A stretch of 64,000 nucleotides of DNA from Flaccisagitta enflata (lineage: Eukaryota), in the NCBI GenBank assembly GCA_965153355.1, contig OZ231126.1, positions 41,602,001 through 41,666,000 of the forward strand, written 5' to 3'. Below are positions 27,483 through 42,565 of the stretch, piece by piece. The notes beneath the pieces are model-generated. The model saw nothing but the letters and a program-made list of their open reading frames with translations, searched no databases and had not been told where the DNA came from. The number at the start of each line of letters is the position of its first letter. The first letter of the stretch is position 1. Both the position numbers and the translations under genes were made by a program.

Positions 27483-28431
27483 TTTACAAATGTCCTGTGA
27501 TTTAACGAAGTTTTGATTTTCTTATTGCTTTAATGAATTTGTTTCTCCAATTTTACATTTTTTGTGGGGCAAAATAGTAAATGAAGTGAATTTACTCTTC
27601 CACATACATGGGCGTGCGCAATGGCGTGTGGATGCGTTTTGGAAATCGTGGAGGTGAATATTTCAATACCGCTTCTTCAATACGCGAAGTAAATGAGTCG
27701 AGATCCGAGAGAGACTTTGCGGTTGACGACATGGTCATCGTCATGGGCGAAACGCTGCCTAAATCTAGTGGAGTTTAGGACGTGTCATGGGCGTCGAAGG
27801 ATCATCAGCTCACATGTCCGGAGGGAGCTCATATTCGGCCTTAAGATAGGAAGAATCGTGACGAAAGACCACCACCAAAGCTCGTGCGGCTGAATTCAGA
27901 CTCTAAAAAACGGCAGTTTTGAGAGAAAAAAAGCGCATGGGCCTGTCCATAAGTAACTATAGATATGAGTGATTGAAACTCTGACATGTGGTATTTACAA
28001 AGAGTTTATTTAGCCTTCATGTTGGTTCACTGATTATCCATGCTTTCATCTTTCCTCTTGTCAATTATGTTGTCCATTTCCATTCACACATTACAAAACA
28101 CTGATTCATTCGCTCTGTCTATATGTACATATGTGTGCCAAAATCCGTTCTTACCATTATCAGTTCTTCATCACGAACATTTCAAAGCTTCCGCTGACGA
28201 CGTCATTCCATCTACACAGTCAGTTACATCTTGGGGTAAGCTCGTCGAGTCAAGATGTCCGTCAACAGCGTCTGGAAACGAAGCGGCGATGTCGGCGTGA
28301 TGCGGATCATGGTCTCCATCGACTCTTCAGCGGCTCCTGAGAAGGATCTGCTTCTGACGTCGTTCGGGGCGGAGGAAGGTATGCGCGTTGGCAGCCTTCA
28401 GCCATGACCGTTCGTTGTGAAGGCATCAAAA

Positions 28432-30312
28432 ATGGCGAATAAAAAGCGTCAACAAGATGATGCGTTGGAAAAACGTCAACAGCCATCCAACGCCGTTGAT
28501 CCCGCGTCACTTCCTCCATTGGTGGTCATCAAAGATGGAGGTTCGAGGCGGATCTCGATCAATCGGCCGTCGGCAGGTTTATCCATCACTTCCGCGTCGG
28601 CGTCATCAGCATCGGATTTGCCCCCATCGCCTCGCCAATTCTGCCTTGATTTGGCCATTGGCGTCGTGATCAAGCGTCTGCCAACTGCAAATCACACAGC
28701 GGGGCAAAGAAGAGAGAGAGAGAGACTGGTCAATGATGGAGCAGGAGGCGGAGGAGGGGATGGAAACAGAGGAGGAGGTGTTGGTGAATGGGGAGGTGGT
28801 GGAGAAAGGCATTGACCCGGAAGTGGACACTGCGACGCGCCGGAGAAGCACCAACGGATGCAGGCGCGTTGGTGGTAGTCGTATCATCAGTCCGGACGTC
28901 GGAGTATCTCTCCTCTTCCAAGAGTTTGAAAAACTTTCAGTGTGCTGCAATAAACAAACTCTCATGCGCTCGCCGGCTAATCAAACAGAGCTTGCTTCGG
29001 AGACTCTGGAGCGCAAAATCCAAAGCAATAAAGAAGGAGGGAGCATGATAAGGAGGTTCGTCGCATGGTCCAGGCGACGAAGAGGAAGAATGCGGCTCGA
29101 ACCTCTGATCACAACTGCGCTTCATCCGCAACCTTCCGTGGCCTTCCGCAACTCCACAGCGGTATTTATTGCTGTTGGCAACCACCGCAGCTACATCAGC
29201 GGCAATTCACTCTACAGCATCAGGAAGTCGTCAATCGCGCCCTGGATTGGTTCATCCCCCAAATCAGCAGCAACAGGGTCCTCGTGGCATCACTCCCTCA
29301 CAACAATCGAAGAGATCCGTCAGGAAAGAAGACTCCACAAACGTGCAATGTGCCGAGTCAACAAAAGGGCCAAATTCCAGCAAAGGCCCCTTCAAGCGCC
29401 TCAAGCGCCTCTAACAGAAATGCTTAAAGGCCAAGGAAGCTTCAGAGTGGTTCGTCAGCGTAGCATTGTAACAGCCAGAAGCTGAATCAGGTGCCTGGGG
29501 CAGCAGCAGCAAAAGGGAAGAAGACCAAGAGAGCTGGAAAAAAGCATAAAGCAGCAACCAAGGGAGGTTCTACTTGCGGTGCTTCGGACGTCCGCTGTTA
29601 AACCTCAAGTCTCTGGTCAGCAGGCGGGAGCGTCTTCCTTTCACTCGCAGCCGTCAAAAGCAGCGGTAGGAAGACTAGTTGGCCCCAGTGCTTCACAACA
29701 TCTGTTAAGCTGGTGTAGCGCCTCGTGTCGCTTGGAGAGTCTGCCCAAGGTCTGCAGCAAGTGCCGAACCCGCCTCCCCCGTCGGATCCAGCCTTTGACC
29801 CTGCGCATGGACACCACATCGCCGAGTCTTTGCTACGGGAAGCCTCTTCACTGACCTCAAACGCTCCATTGGGTGTGGTGAAAAATTTAGTTAGCATCAA
29901 GGCTAAAGACTTCTTACAGCGATCGCTCAATCCGCGTCAACGAGTTGAAGCGGCTCGTCAAGTCTTAGACGAGCGGATTCGTCGCAACATCCAAAAGGAG
30001 AGAGACGATGCTCGTCAAACAGCAATGGCTGCGGACAATGAGGTGGTCAAAGGCAATAAGAGAGTCGTGGAACTGGAGAAGCAGCTTGAAAGGAGCAGGC
30101 CTATGCGATATGAAGGCCCCAGAAGAAAGAGAGGAAGCCGTGGAACGCAAGAGCGGCCTGTGGCCGTGACTTCTAACAGCGTCCGCCGTGCGTCCCAAAT
30201 TTCGACTAGCGCCGAATTGCGATGCAGCATCTCCACCTTCAGCGTCTTCTCCTGCACAAAAAGTCGGTCAGCAGATCCTGTCGCATGGCTTCGCTCCCAA
30301 GCCTGGAAATAA
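28432..30312 (+). pseudogene. Frameshifted long ORF of unknown family; low-complexity, basic, with a coiled-coil near the end
   Basis: Overlapping plus-strand ORFs 28417-28815, 28733-29485, 29065-29427, 29579-29854 and 29725-30312 hand over between frames; GC-richer and almost repeat-free; heptad-like VEAARQVLDERIRRNIQKERDDARQ..RVVELEKQLE. Confidence 0.55.
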
Positions 30313-30408
30313 GAAAAATCAGGCCAGGCATGGAAAAATCAGACCGTCAGTTAAACACTGATTGGTGCCACGCCCAGTTGCTGTTCAATTTAACTACCAA
30401 TTTGCAAC

Positions 30409-32349
30409 ATGGCGTGGAGAGCGCCGCCATTCGCTGAGGATCGTATTCCACCATTACATCCTCATCCCATCGATGGACAGGCCGGCCAAGTCGGGGGCGC
30501 TACCCGGGGCGTGGGAATGACGTCCGCCCCGGGGCCTGGCGAAAAACGCCCGCGTAAGTATCATGGTTTGGGAAGGGTTGAGGTTGAGTTTTTGTGGTAA
30601 ATTTGAATCTGTGTACGATAAGAACTTTACTAATCAATCTGCCCCCATTCTTCCTCTTTCTTTTTCTTCCCTTCGGGGAGGATACATTCTCAGACGGCTG
30701 CAGCACCTGCGCCTTTCGATGCGGTTGCCGTTGACGACATCATTCATTGCCTTTCGCCCACGGATTGACGGGGTGTTGGAGCTTCTGGAGTGACCCGCTC
30801 GTCTCTGTAATGGAGAAGGAGCATGGTGATGTAGCCGTTCCCATGATACTTGCTATTTTTTACACTTACAGTCGTTTTATATATAGTTGTACTTATTTAT
30901 TTTGTCTTGTTTTTGTTTGGTTCCTTGGAACATGTACATTCTTGTTGTGTTTGTTTTAGACATGGTCTTTTTAGTCATTATTACGAATACTGTGTATATT
31001 TTAGTAGTATGCCCCTACTCATTATCTTCCACTCTCAAGTCAAATCCCAGGCTTGCAGGTGCTCCAATCCCGTTCCCTTTTCCCCCCTTTCCCCTTACTT
31101 TTACAGAGGCAGGTGCCTCAACCTCCCTCGTCGCGCCTCGTCTCCATCCGCGTCATCGTGATCGTGAAAATTTGCTGGTGGTGGATCCTTTCCGGACGGG
31201 AATCATCATTCATGCAGTCGTCGATCTGTTGATAGTTAGGGTGGGGATGTAAGAGCGTGGACAGGGGAGGGCGGGAGCTGTGTCTATGTAAATTTTTAAG
31301 GAAGGTAGTATCGGTTTTTTTAGTAGGGTTTCCCCGACTGGAAACTAGATGTCAGTTTTGAAATTCGTGAAGAATTCCAAAAAAATGGGGCATGAGTGTG
31401 TTAGAAATGTATGTCCGTCCGTTTATTAAGTATGTGTGCTTTTGTTTCTTTTGTGTGCTTTTGGTTTTTCTTCTTTCTCTATTATTCAATGCCAGCGTCT
31501 TTTGTTTCTCGCCATTTTTCATAATGAACGCTAGATGGGTAACCATATGGTTGCGCCTTGTATTTTGTGCCATTGTTTTTATTACGTAGGCAAACATCGT
31601 AACTCGTCTTCGTATCATCAATTTTGGATTGATTGCTTTTTATTTATTTCGACATTGCTTCCTAAAGTGATTGATTGATTTTTTCGTGATTGATTGAATG
31701 TGCCCTTGGAATTCACTAATTTCAATAATCTCTCATCTTTTTTGCAGATAATAAACATGAACGGACAATGAGCGTTAGTTTTGACTTACGACAGACTGTG
31801 GGTTGAAACCAACGAAAGTGGGCTAAAAGTAAGTTTTATAGACGTCTTTGCTTTTATTAACGTTGTTTTTATTTTGTCTTCCGGTCTGTTATTCTTGTCT
31901 TTTGCATTTCATTTATCGCCGGATTTTAGTATGGTTTTATCGCTTGCCCGATCAGCTTACTATGGGGATGATATGGATGAATCTAATGGGATAGGCCGGG
32001 GCAGGGGCAGGTATTATCAGGTGGCATGGGCTCTGAAGAAGATGAACATGTTGTCATGTGCTGTTTCTGTCCTTTATTGTGTCCTGTCTCGATTTCATGT
32101 TATCTTTTGCGTTTGCTGATCACCATTAACGCCCACTTTCCCTTTCATTTTTTCCCCTCTCTTCAGTTGTTGAAATTTTTATGGAATAAACGAGACGATC
32201 GCCTTCCTATTTTCCAATCGGCCAACTTTCTTTCACCACAAGTCGTCAGTCAGATAGACGCTCATAGACAGTGCCAGTTGAAACTCGTGGGCGTAAATTA
32301 TAGGAGGTCTACATCACCGTACGAAGGGAAAAAGCGAAGCTTACGATAA
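30409..32349 (+). other. Putative spliced transcription unit with 4 exon-like segments: 30409-30553, 31107-31248, 31748-31828, 32167-32349
   Basis: Donors C|GTAAGT, T|GTAAGA, A|GTAAGT; acceptors ccccttacttttacAG, catctttttgcAG, cccctctcttcAG; exons 1-2 and exons 3-4 are phase compatible. Confidence 0.5.
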
Positions 32350-32595
32350 TGCCACCGTCACTGCGCATAGACGGACATGGACAGTTCAATGCCGACAATT
32401 AGTGCGGACACACATTTGCCAGGCCAATTCCAGTGAAGTTAAAAAGAGATAACTTGAAAAAAAAAGAAAATAGAACGATTGTTAGAAATTTTGGTTATGT
32501 TCATCAAAAAATCATCAGAAAATCATCATGATAATGAAAGTGAGAGACGAAGAAATGCCTCGTCGAAAAAAAGTGAGGCAAAATTGTGCTTCACA

Positions 32596-32718
32596 CTAGA
32601 ACTTTGCCCGTTACACTGGCGAAAGAAGGCGGGCTAATACTATATATTATATATATACTATTATACTATACTATACTATTATCGTTATACTATTATATAT
32701 ATACTATATTGGTCTAGA
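32596..32718 (-). mobile_element. Candidate miniature Helitron (123 bp)
   Basis: Minus strand reads A|TC..AT-rich..gcccg-loop-cgggc-aaagtt-CTAG|T, matching Helitron termini and the AT target; stem is only 5 bp. Confidence 0.45.
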
Positions 32719-32913
32719 TTCACCGAATCGACTCAATCTAGGGTTTGAACAAGTGACGCTGGGTCACAATATCGTGTGCGGACGGGTAGGCAGGGGCATT
32801 ACGTTGATTCAGCCTGAAAAAATCTCAAATTCCGTCATGCTTCAGACGCTCCATCGATTAGACATGGCAAACTGAATTGAAAATTTAAACCTTGCAGTCT
32901 TAGCATGACGGAA

Positions 32914-35615
32914 CCCTTAGGCGCAGTGAGACCTATGTTTGAGCTGAAGATAAGAAAGGGGCTGGGATTAGGTTATTGAGGCTAGGAGTAAATTTCTGAG
33001 GCAGGGACTAGGTTGCTACCTGGATAAGGTCTCTGAGGCTGGCATTAGGTTGCTTACGCCGGGATTAGGTCAGTGAGGCTGGGATATGGTCAGTGAGGCT
33101 AAGATAAGTTGACTTGTTGGAAGCAGGATTAGGTTGCTGAGACTGGCATTAAGTTGCTGAGACTGGGATTAGGTTTCTAAGGCTGGCATTAAGTTATTGT
33201 GATATGGATTAGGTTGCTGAAACAGGACTTTGGGTGCAAACGCAGGTATTAGGTTGCCAAGGTCACTATTAGGATGTTGAGGCTATAAGGTTGCTATGAG
33301 GTTGCTAGGGCTATAATGAGGTTGCTGATGCTGGTATTAGGTCGTTGATGTTAGGATAAGGTCTCTGAGGCTGGCATTATGTTGCTTAGGCCAGTATTAG
33401 GTCGCTGAGGCCATCATTAGGTCGCATAGGCTTAGATTAAGTTGCTGATGCCCTAATTACACTGCTGAGGCCCAGATCAGGTTGCTGAGGCTATGAGTAG
33501 GTTGCTGGGACCCAGATTAGGTTGCTGAGTCTAAGAGTAGGTTGCTGAGACCCAGATTAGGTTGCTAAGTCCCAGATTACGTGGCTTAGGCCCACAAGAC
33601 CCCAAATAAGGCCTCTCAGACCCCAAATTAGGCCACTCAGACCCCAAACTAGGCCCACAAGACCCCAAATAAGGCCTCTCAGACCCCAAATTAGGCCACT
33701 CAGACCCAAGACTAGACCTCTCAGATTCCAAATTAGGCTTCTTAGACATATCAAGACTCTCAGACCCCAAACCAGGCCACTCAGATCCCAAATCAGTCCA
33801 CTCAAACCCAAAATCAGGCCAGTCAGACCCAAAATTAGGCCTTTCAGACACCAAATCATGCCTCTCAGACCCTACATTAGACCTTAAGACTCAAAACCCT
33901 CCCTCTCAGCCCTCAAAACCAGCTTCTCATCATCTCAAGTCCCAAATATACAAAGCTTAGGGGCCCCCTTACAGACATACTATGGAAGAAATCATGCTCA
34001 ATTTGACTGAGCAATGTTATAAATATCCTCTGTTTGAAATATTCACATTTTAGCAAAAATAGAGATGTGTTCCTATGGCAGCCGCCCATAATGGAAAATG
34101 AAACATCCTTCTGTTTTTTTTAGGCAGTGGCCCCGAAGGGGACGAAGTCCTGTAGAACACAGGGAGAATCTGTCCGTCCGTACGTACGTCGGTACATCCG
34201 TACATCCATATCCCCCTATCTTCATTGTCTCCTTCAAGCCCTATTTTGACCAAAATTCTGCTAAATAGCCCAAATCCAAGCAACATGGCCCAAATCTAAG
34301 CAAAATAGCCCAAATCCAAGCATAATGGCCCAAATTCAAGCAAAGTGGCCCAAATCTAATGAAAACTGGTCTGGCGAGGTCTATCATTTCTGGCCCAAAT
34401 TCTACTAAATAGCACAAATCCAAGCAATATGACCTAAATCTTAGCAAGATGTCCTAAATCCAAGCATAATTGCCCAAATTCAAGCAAAAAGTTTAAAATC
34501 TAGCCAGAAAACCCCAATACTAGGTCCATCATATTGGCCCCTTAGACCTATGTTGTGGCCTCCAATATCTAGGTTCTGACCAGATTTTGCTTGAATTTGA
34601 GCCATTACGCTTGGATTTAGGCCATTTTTGGGCTTTTTGGCAGAACGGATGGACAGACGGATGGATGGATGGGCTGATCTCCCCTGTATTTTACAGGACT
34701 TCATCCTCTTCGTCCCCTTCGGGGCCGCTGCCCTACTCCCCTTCCTAAATCAAACACTAATCAAGCAGGGCATGGGTACCGCTGACCATTTACTGCCTTT
34801 GGGCTGCTATTTCTTTTTGGGCAGCAGCCCCAAAGGGGACAAAGTCCTGTAGAATACAGGGTGAATCTGTCCGTTCGTCCATCTGTACATTTGCTCGTCC
34901 CCCACCCCGCCTCATATTCAGGGCTTCTTCTTTGGGGCCTCCTCTGACCTAAATTCTGCCAAATAGCCTAAATCCAAGCAATATAGCCAAAATCAGAACA
35001 AAATGGCCCAAATCCAAACATATTGGCCCAAATCCAAGCAAAATGGCCAAAATCTAAACCATAAAATCCTGAGGTCCATCATTTTGGCCCTTTAGACCTA
35101 TATTGTAGCCTCCAATACCTACCTATACCGACCAAATTTAGGCCATTTTACTTGGATTTGGCCCATTTTGCTTGGATTTGGCCCATTTTGCTTAGAATTT
35201 AGCCCATTTGCTTTAATTTGGGCCTAGCCCTTTCTGGAATTTGGGCTATTTGGATGGACAGACAGACAGATTCTCTCCCCCCTTGCTTGGATTTGGGCAA
35301 TTTGGATGGACTTTGTCCCCTTCAAGGCCGCTGCTCTGCTCCCCTTCAACCTAAATCATACGCTAAGTACTCAAGAAGGGCATAGGAACCGCTCACCATT
35401 TTTTTGCCTTTAGGCTGCTATTTTAAGTCACTTAGTGCTCTAGTTTTTTTCACCGTTATGCTTGGCTGAATCATCTCACATCTTAATGTATTTCCTACTT
35501 TCTCCAATGATCTGGTAAACTAAGCAGAATGACACAGAATGTAATTGGAGAAGTAAAATTTTGAAAAAGGTAAAAAATGATTTCATTCATTTTTTGCATG
35601 CTCTGCGCCTAAGGG
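32914..35615. mobile_element. TIR element with piggyBac-like CCCT ends, carrying 20-21 bp arrays (about 32960-33900) and nested family F elements
   Basis: aacccttaggcgcag ... ctgcgcctaagggtt, a 15-bp perfect inverted repeat; TTAA TSD not intact. Confidence 0.5.
34114..35424 (+). mobile_element. Two head-to-tail family F foldback elements (34114-34812 and 34813-35424)
   Basis: Each starts ttttt(a/g)ggcag..gcccc.aaggggac.aagtcctgtagaa and ends accgct.accat...gcctt..ggctgctatt. Confidence 0.8.
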
Positions 35616-35740
35616 TTTAGGATTCTCACTGCAATGAGATTTGAACTTTAAAATCAATTCGCGGAGATCTATAAAATGAGCTATTGATCATGGTGGTAAG
35701 ATAAAAGCAACATATTCTGACTCAGCGTCAGGGGGCATAC

Positions 35741-37055
<1,315 letters not shown>

Positions 37056-37056
37056 C

Positions 37057-37092
<36 letters not shown>

Positions 37093-37206
37093 TGGAGGAA
37101 AAACGGTTGAGTGAAAAGTGCGCTTGAAAATCACTGCAGGGGATGGAAAAGTCATTGGAAAAGAAGAGAAAAATAAATGCTGATGAATTAATCTTTAAGA
37201 CCAATA

Positions 37207-37261
<55 letters not shown>

Positions 37262-37314
37262 ATATGGAGATATGGAGAAGCAGACAGGAAGGAAAAAGAA
37301 AGACACACACACAA

Positions 37315-37389
<75 letters not shown>

Positions 37390-37504
37390 GTACTTGCAAA
37401 GTGAATTAATCTTCCCCTTCAAGATAGGTTGAATCGAACGATTGGCACACAAGGAACACTACTGAAAAATTCAAGCACAAATAAACAATTATTATCAATA
37501 CATA

Positions 37505-38102
37505 CAGGGTGTATCATGCCAAATTAGATAGAAGAAAACAATGGTATTCTGCTTCTAAAAGTGCAAAAATAATTTTGAAAAAAGATTCAAAGAGCAAATG
37601 AGCTCCAATTTTTGTGAAAAAATTTCATGGGTCTGGGTCAAATATTCTTGCCACAACATCAATATGAAGTAAATTGAGCATTTACAGGAGAGGCACTTTA
37701 GAAAAAATTTTGATTTTGAAAGTTTTTTTAGAATTGCTCTTAAGGTCTCCCTGTAAAAAAATCTCATGATAGCTTAAGTAACAGGTGCCAGATTGGTCCC
37801 ATATTAAAGCTTATCAAACTTTCTTTAATTTGAGACCAATCTGGACTATTACCTCAAGCCGTTTAGAAATACAAGAGCAATTCAAGGGAAAGCTTTCAGG
37901 AATCAAATGTTGTCCAGGCTTTCTCCTCTAAATATCAGTTCCTTTAAATTGATGTGTGTGAATGTTCACCCAGACCCATGAAATTTTTACACAAAAAACC
38001 GGAGCTCATGTGCTCTTTGAATCTTTTTTCAGAAATATTCTTTTACTTTTAGAGGCAAAATGCCATCGTTTTCTTACAGCTAATTTGGCATGATACACCC
38101 TG
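37505..38102. mobile_element. TA-flanked Tc1/mariner-type MITE with long (~170 bp) TIRs
   Basis: TA|cagggtgtatcatgccaaattag ... ctaatttggcatgatacaccctg|TA. Confidence 0.92.
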
Positions 38103-38564
38103 TATATGTTGTATGCTTCAGAGGCAAACGACTGTTTGAAACCGCTTTTTATTTAAAAAAAACATACGACTTAAAAATGAAATAACCGAGCCAGTTTGAG
38201 GTGAATCCAACGTAAAAAAAACATGAGTTCAATTCTTGTCTCACTGAGATAGATATAGGTACGTCTAGAGTCCAAATCCTAGTGAGTAGTGTATCCATAA
38301 ATCGATAGCCTAAGATAAACAAAGGAGGGAGTATGGACCATGAAAGTGTAGATGAATCTGAAAAGAGCATCAGAGATCGTCGGGAATGGGAAGCCATTGT
38401 GGGAAAATGCTTTCAGCAATCCACGCTGAGATGAAATTTCATGAATGATGCAAGTTGAGGATGGTTTATTGGAATCATTAACAGAGCACACAGATCAAGT
38501 TATTGGTAGTCTGTTAAATCACTTACTCAAAGAGGAAAGATCAAAGGCGGTGATTTTTACAGAT

Positions 38565-38773
38565 AACAAGGCCGATACACAGCTACCCCAGTCGCGTGTG
38601 GGTGGGCAGGGGCTGTATTTGAGGTCACTTTATCATTTGGGCAGGAGCAGTGAGGCCAAAGACCGCAAAAAACAAAAAAAATTAAGTGTGACAGATGGAG
38701 CGACAGACGGACCGACCAATGGACTGACGGACTGACAAATTGGGTGTAGAGTCGCGTGGCACGCGACTAAAAA
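38565..38773 (-). mobile_element. HINE-like element family A
   Basis: aacaaggccgatacacagc..cagtcgcgtg ... agtcgcgtggcacgcgactaaaaa. Confidence 0.88.
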
Positions 38774-39892
38774 TCTCATTATAGTTCCAGCTGAGTGAGC
38801 TCACCTATGACAATCCTCCAATATGTCAAATCCAATCTAAAAGTTCATAGAACCGGTCATACATTGATAAAAAGCTAGATAGAATGTTATTTCAAATGTA
38901 CAGTAAAGCACCACTAGAGTGCAACCGCTAATGAGGCATGCCAGCCTATACTAGCATAACAAGAGTTCATGCTAAGTCCAAGGGAAGTTCTCTATCAGAG
39001 GGATGTGACTCAAAATCATGTATACAGAAAAACCACAACAGAAATTTGGTCCTGGGACCTCTAAAAATTGCTGCCGCCACCCCCCTCATATCCCGTAGAA
39101 AATGAGGGATTTTAGCCTATGTTTTAGGGGGCAGGTGTCGGCGCCAATTTATAGGGGTTTCAGGGCTAATTTTTTTTCATTGACCATCTGTAAACATGAT
39201 TTTGGGCTATATCCCTTTGATAGAGAATTTTTCTATGACATTGCATGAATTATTGTTAGGCTAGCCCATACCCTTCGCCTACAACCTACTGTCCCATGAG
39301 AGATTTTGAAGTAATGTAGTTACAAGGCATAATTTTGCTCTGTCCCTTGGCAACGAGATTATTCATACCATACATCATGAGAAATGAAGAACTGATAATA
39401 TTCAGGGAAACAATATCAGCTTAACTGTTAGGATTTAAGCACAGAATTTGTCATAAGCGGAAAAATAAACAAAAGAAAATCACAAAAAATATTTGATAAC
39501 TGCTAGAACTTTTGGCAAAGTTTGATGATATTTAGTAAGAAGGTAGTTTCAAAAGTAGACGACCATATGATTGAACTATGTAAAGATATAGTGTCTCTAT
39601 CCCATGTTCCAAATCCGATCACTTCATCTCACAGTACATACATATAGATCTAACCGCTTATATATCGTTCAAACAAAACGATCGTTACCGAGTGCCGGTC
39701 GGCTGGTCGGCTGGTCGGCTAGTATAGTCTGCGGCAGATTTATAGGTCCCACTAACCATCATCCCGTTGGATGAGCAAATATTACCACCGACGGGAAAAA
39801 CGACGACGGGGAAAACCCCCTCCTGGGAGATGCACAAGGCCTGGAAAAGGCAATCAAACTAACGCCGCTAAAATATGACTGCGCCAACGATG

Positions 39893-39966
<74 letters not shown>

Positions 39967-40128
39967 TTTACAGACAGACAGACAGACAGAAAGACAAGCG
40001 AACCACAGATGACTGGAAATGAGCATGACAGATATAAACACACACTTATTTACCAAATGTCTTCTTAACACATATATACCTTTATTATTTAAATCAAGGG
40101 CTGTATGATGAGAACAAGCTGATATTTT

Positions 40129-40471
40129 AACAAGGCCAAGTGAAGGCCAATAAGTGCGCCTCGCTTGATTAAGATTTTGTGGATGAACGTTTTTGATGAA
40201 TGAAGGAATACATGAATGAATGAATGAATGAATGAATGAATGAATGAATGAATGAATGAATGAATGAATGAATGAATGAATGAATGAATGAATGAATAGA
40301 ATATGATTATGTGGTAGGCATGAAGGTAGTAGAAATGAAAATTGCATCAGAATCAGCCGTTTTGCGCATTTCAAACGTTTGCGTGACCGACCGACCAACC
40401 AACCGACCGACCGACCAACCAACCGACTGAAGGACATGACCTCTTATGGGAGTGCGAGGACGCACTTAAAA
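40129..40471 (-). mobile_element. HINE-like element (family D variant) with internal (GAAT)n
   Basis: aacaaggccaagtgaaggcc, subTIR aagtgcgcctcgc, terminal hairpin agtgcg-agga-cgcact, A-run. Confidence 0.82.
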
Positions 40472-41157
40472 ACATGAAAAACCTGTTCCTTGTTTTTGTA
40501 TGCTCTGTGAAACAAAACTCTTATCAGCACATACATTCAATGCATGACACGGACAGAAAAACAAATCCGGAAACAGAAATGAAGATGATAAAGAAAAACA
40601 GAACATAAGAATAGAAAATGAAAAACAGAAGTAGAAAAGAAATATAGATGGGCTGTAAAAAAAAATAAAAAGCAAAGACAGAAAGCGAGATCAAATGGAT
40701 TGAAATGTTTTTCTCTTTTCCCTTTTATCAGATATTCTATGACGAGCAATTGCGGCCTCTGATGGGACAAAGAGGAAAATGAGAAAAAGTTGGGAAGAAG
40801 AGAGAGAGAGAGACAGAAAAAGCAAAGAGAATAAAGTAAATAAAAAGAAATGTGCGCAAACAAACAATATATCTTCTTTGTTTGGAAAAAGTACGCGGTA
40901 CCGCAGAACCGATCTGCTCATAGATATTACGGATAAACTTGAAAATACATTATATCTTTATGAATAGTTTTTTTACATGGTGTCGGTAGGTATTATCAAT
41001 GTAGAATATTTCCCTCAAGACTAAAATAAAACAGAGAGAGAGACCATACAATCACAAAACAATACGAAGCATGCATCTTAATTCACACAGAGATGTAACA
41101 GAAACACACACACACACACGCACGCACACACAACACACACACACACACATTAACACA

Positions 41158-41258
<101 letters not shown>

Positions 41259-41548
41259 ACACACACACGAAAAGTCATAAGAATGCGAGGTAGATGGAGA
41301 AAAAGGAAAGCAATTGATAGGAGACTGGGATCTTTTTATGGCATCATCAGAATCCTGGGATGAGATCAAAAGCGAGGTTGATGGTGCCGCAAAAAACCAA
41401 AACCATCATAAATGCTCTCATTCTTTGGAAGAAGAAAAGAAAAGGAAGAAAAGAAGAAAAGAAGAAAAAAACCTCTTTTTTCCTTTCTTTGCCATATATG
41501 CAGGTCCTGATTGATGTAATATTTATGCTAACAACTATATCGTAAAGA

Positions 41549-41678
<130 letters not shown>

Positions 41679-41908
41679 TTTCTGTCCCTCTATCCATCTA
41701 ACATCTATGCGAACCTTTCCCTTCCGTGTGCAGATTCCTTGTATTGAATGTGCCATAGGCAAAGGATATATAAAATTGCTTGGAGAGAAAAAAGAAAGTA
41801 AGTCTTGAACGGAGGTCAACTCAATATAAGAATGTGTCACAGATAACAGCGAAGATTTTTTTCCTTCTACCTTGCTCCTCCTTTCTTTTCCTCTTTACCT
41901 TTTTTATG

Positions 41909-42455
41909 AACAAGGCCAACACCTTTAAGTCGCGTGCGAGACTTAAATAATTACTTTATTACATAACCACATAACTAAAATGACTTTCATCGAATTTAAT
42001 TGATGTAAGGTTACTTAAAATGATTTAAAATGACCTAAAAATAACTAAATGACCTAAATTGATTTGAATTGACCTAAAATGACTAAAATGGCTTAGTGAC
42101 AAAAATGACTTAAATTGACTTAAAATGACTTAAAATGACTTTAAATGACTCAAATTGACCTAGAATGACATAAATTGAACTTAACAGACCTAAACTGACT
42201 TAAATTGACCTAAAATCACCAAAATGATTGAAACTATTAAAATAACTCAAATGACTTAAATTGAAACAACTGACTTTAAATGACTAAAAATGACTTGAAA
42301 TGATCTAATTTGACTTTAAATGACCTAATTGACTAAAAATGACTTAAAGAAATAAAATTAATAAAAAAAAGTAAAGTGTGACCAACCGACCAACCGACCG
42401 ACCGACCGACGGACAAAGCGGGTTGTAATGAGTCGCGCAGCACGCGACTAAAAAA
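41909..42455 (-). mobile_element. HINE-like element (family A2) with an internal ~10-bp aaatgactta array
   Basis: aacaaggccaacacctttaagtcgcgtgcgagac ... agtcgcgcagcacgcgactaaaaa. Confidence 0.82.
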
Positions 42456-42524
42456 GAAGAAAGAAGATTGAGCGTCCTGCATCGAGTAAAGTGACGATCA
42501 ATGTGTGTAAAGGCTTCGACACAG

Positions 42525-42565
<41 letters not shown>

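Noticed and set aside
31769-31771. Selenocysteine codon in the mini-gene
   Set aside because: No redox motif and no SECIS recognised; mutation in a decaying element is simpler
38320-38430. RTE-like LINE C-terminus (IRDRREWEAIV); similar weak hint near 58970
   Set aside because: Too short to support without a profile search
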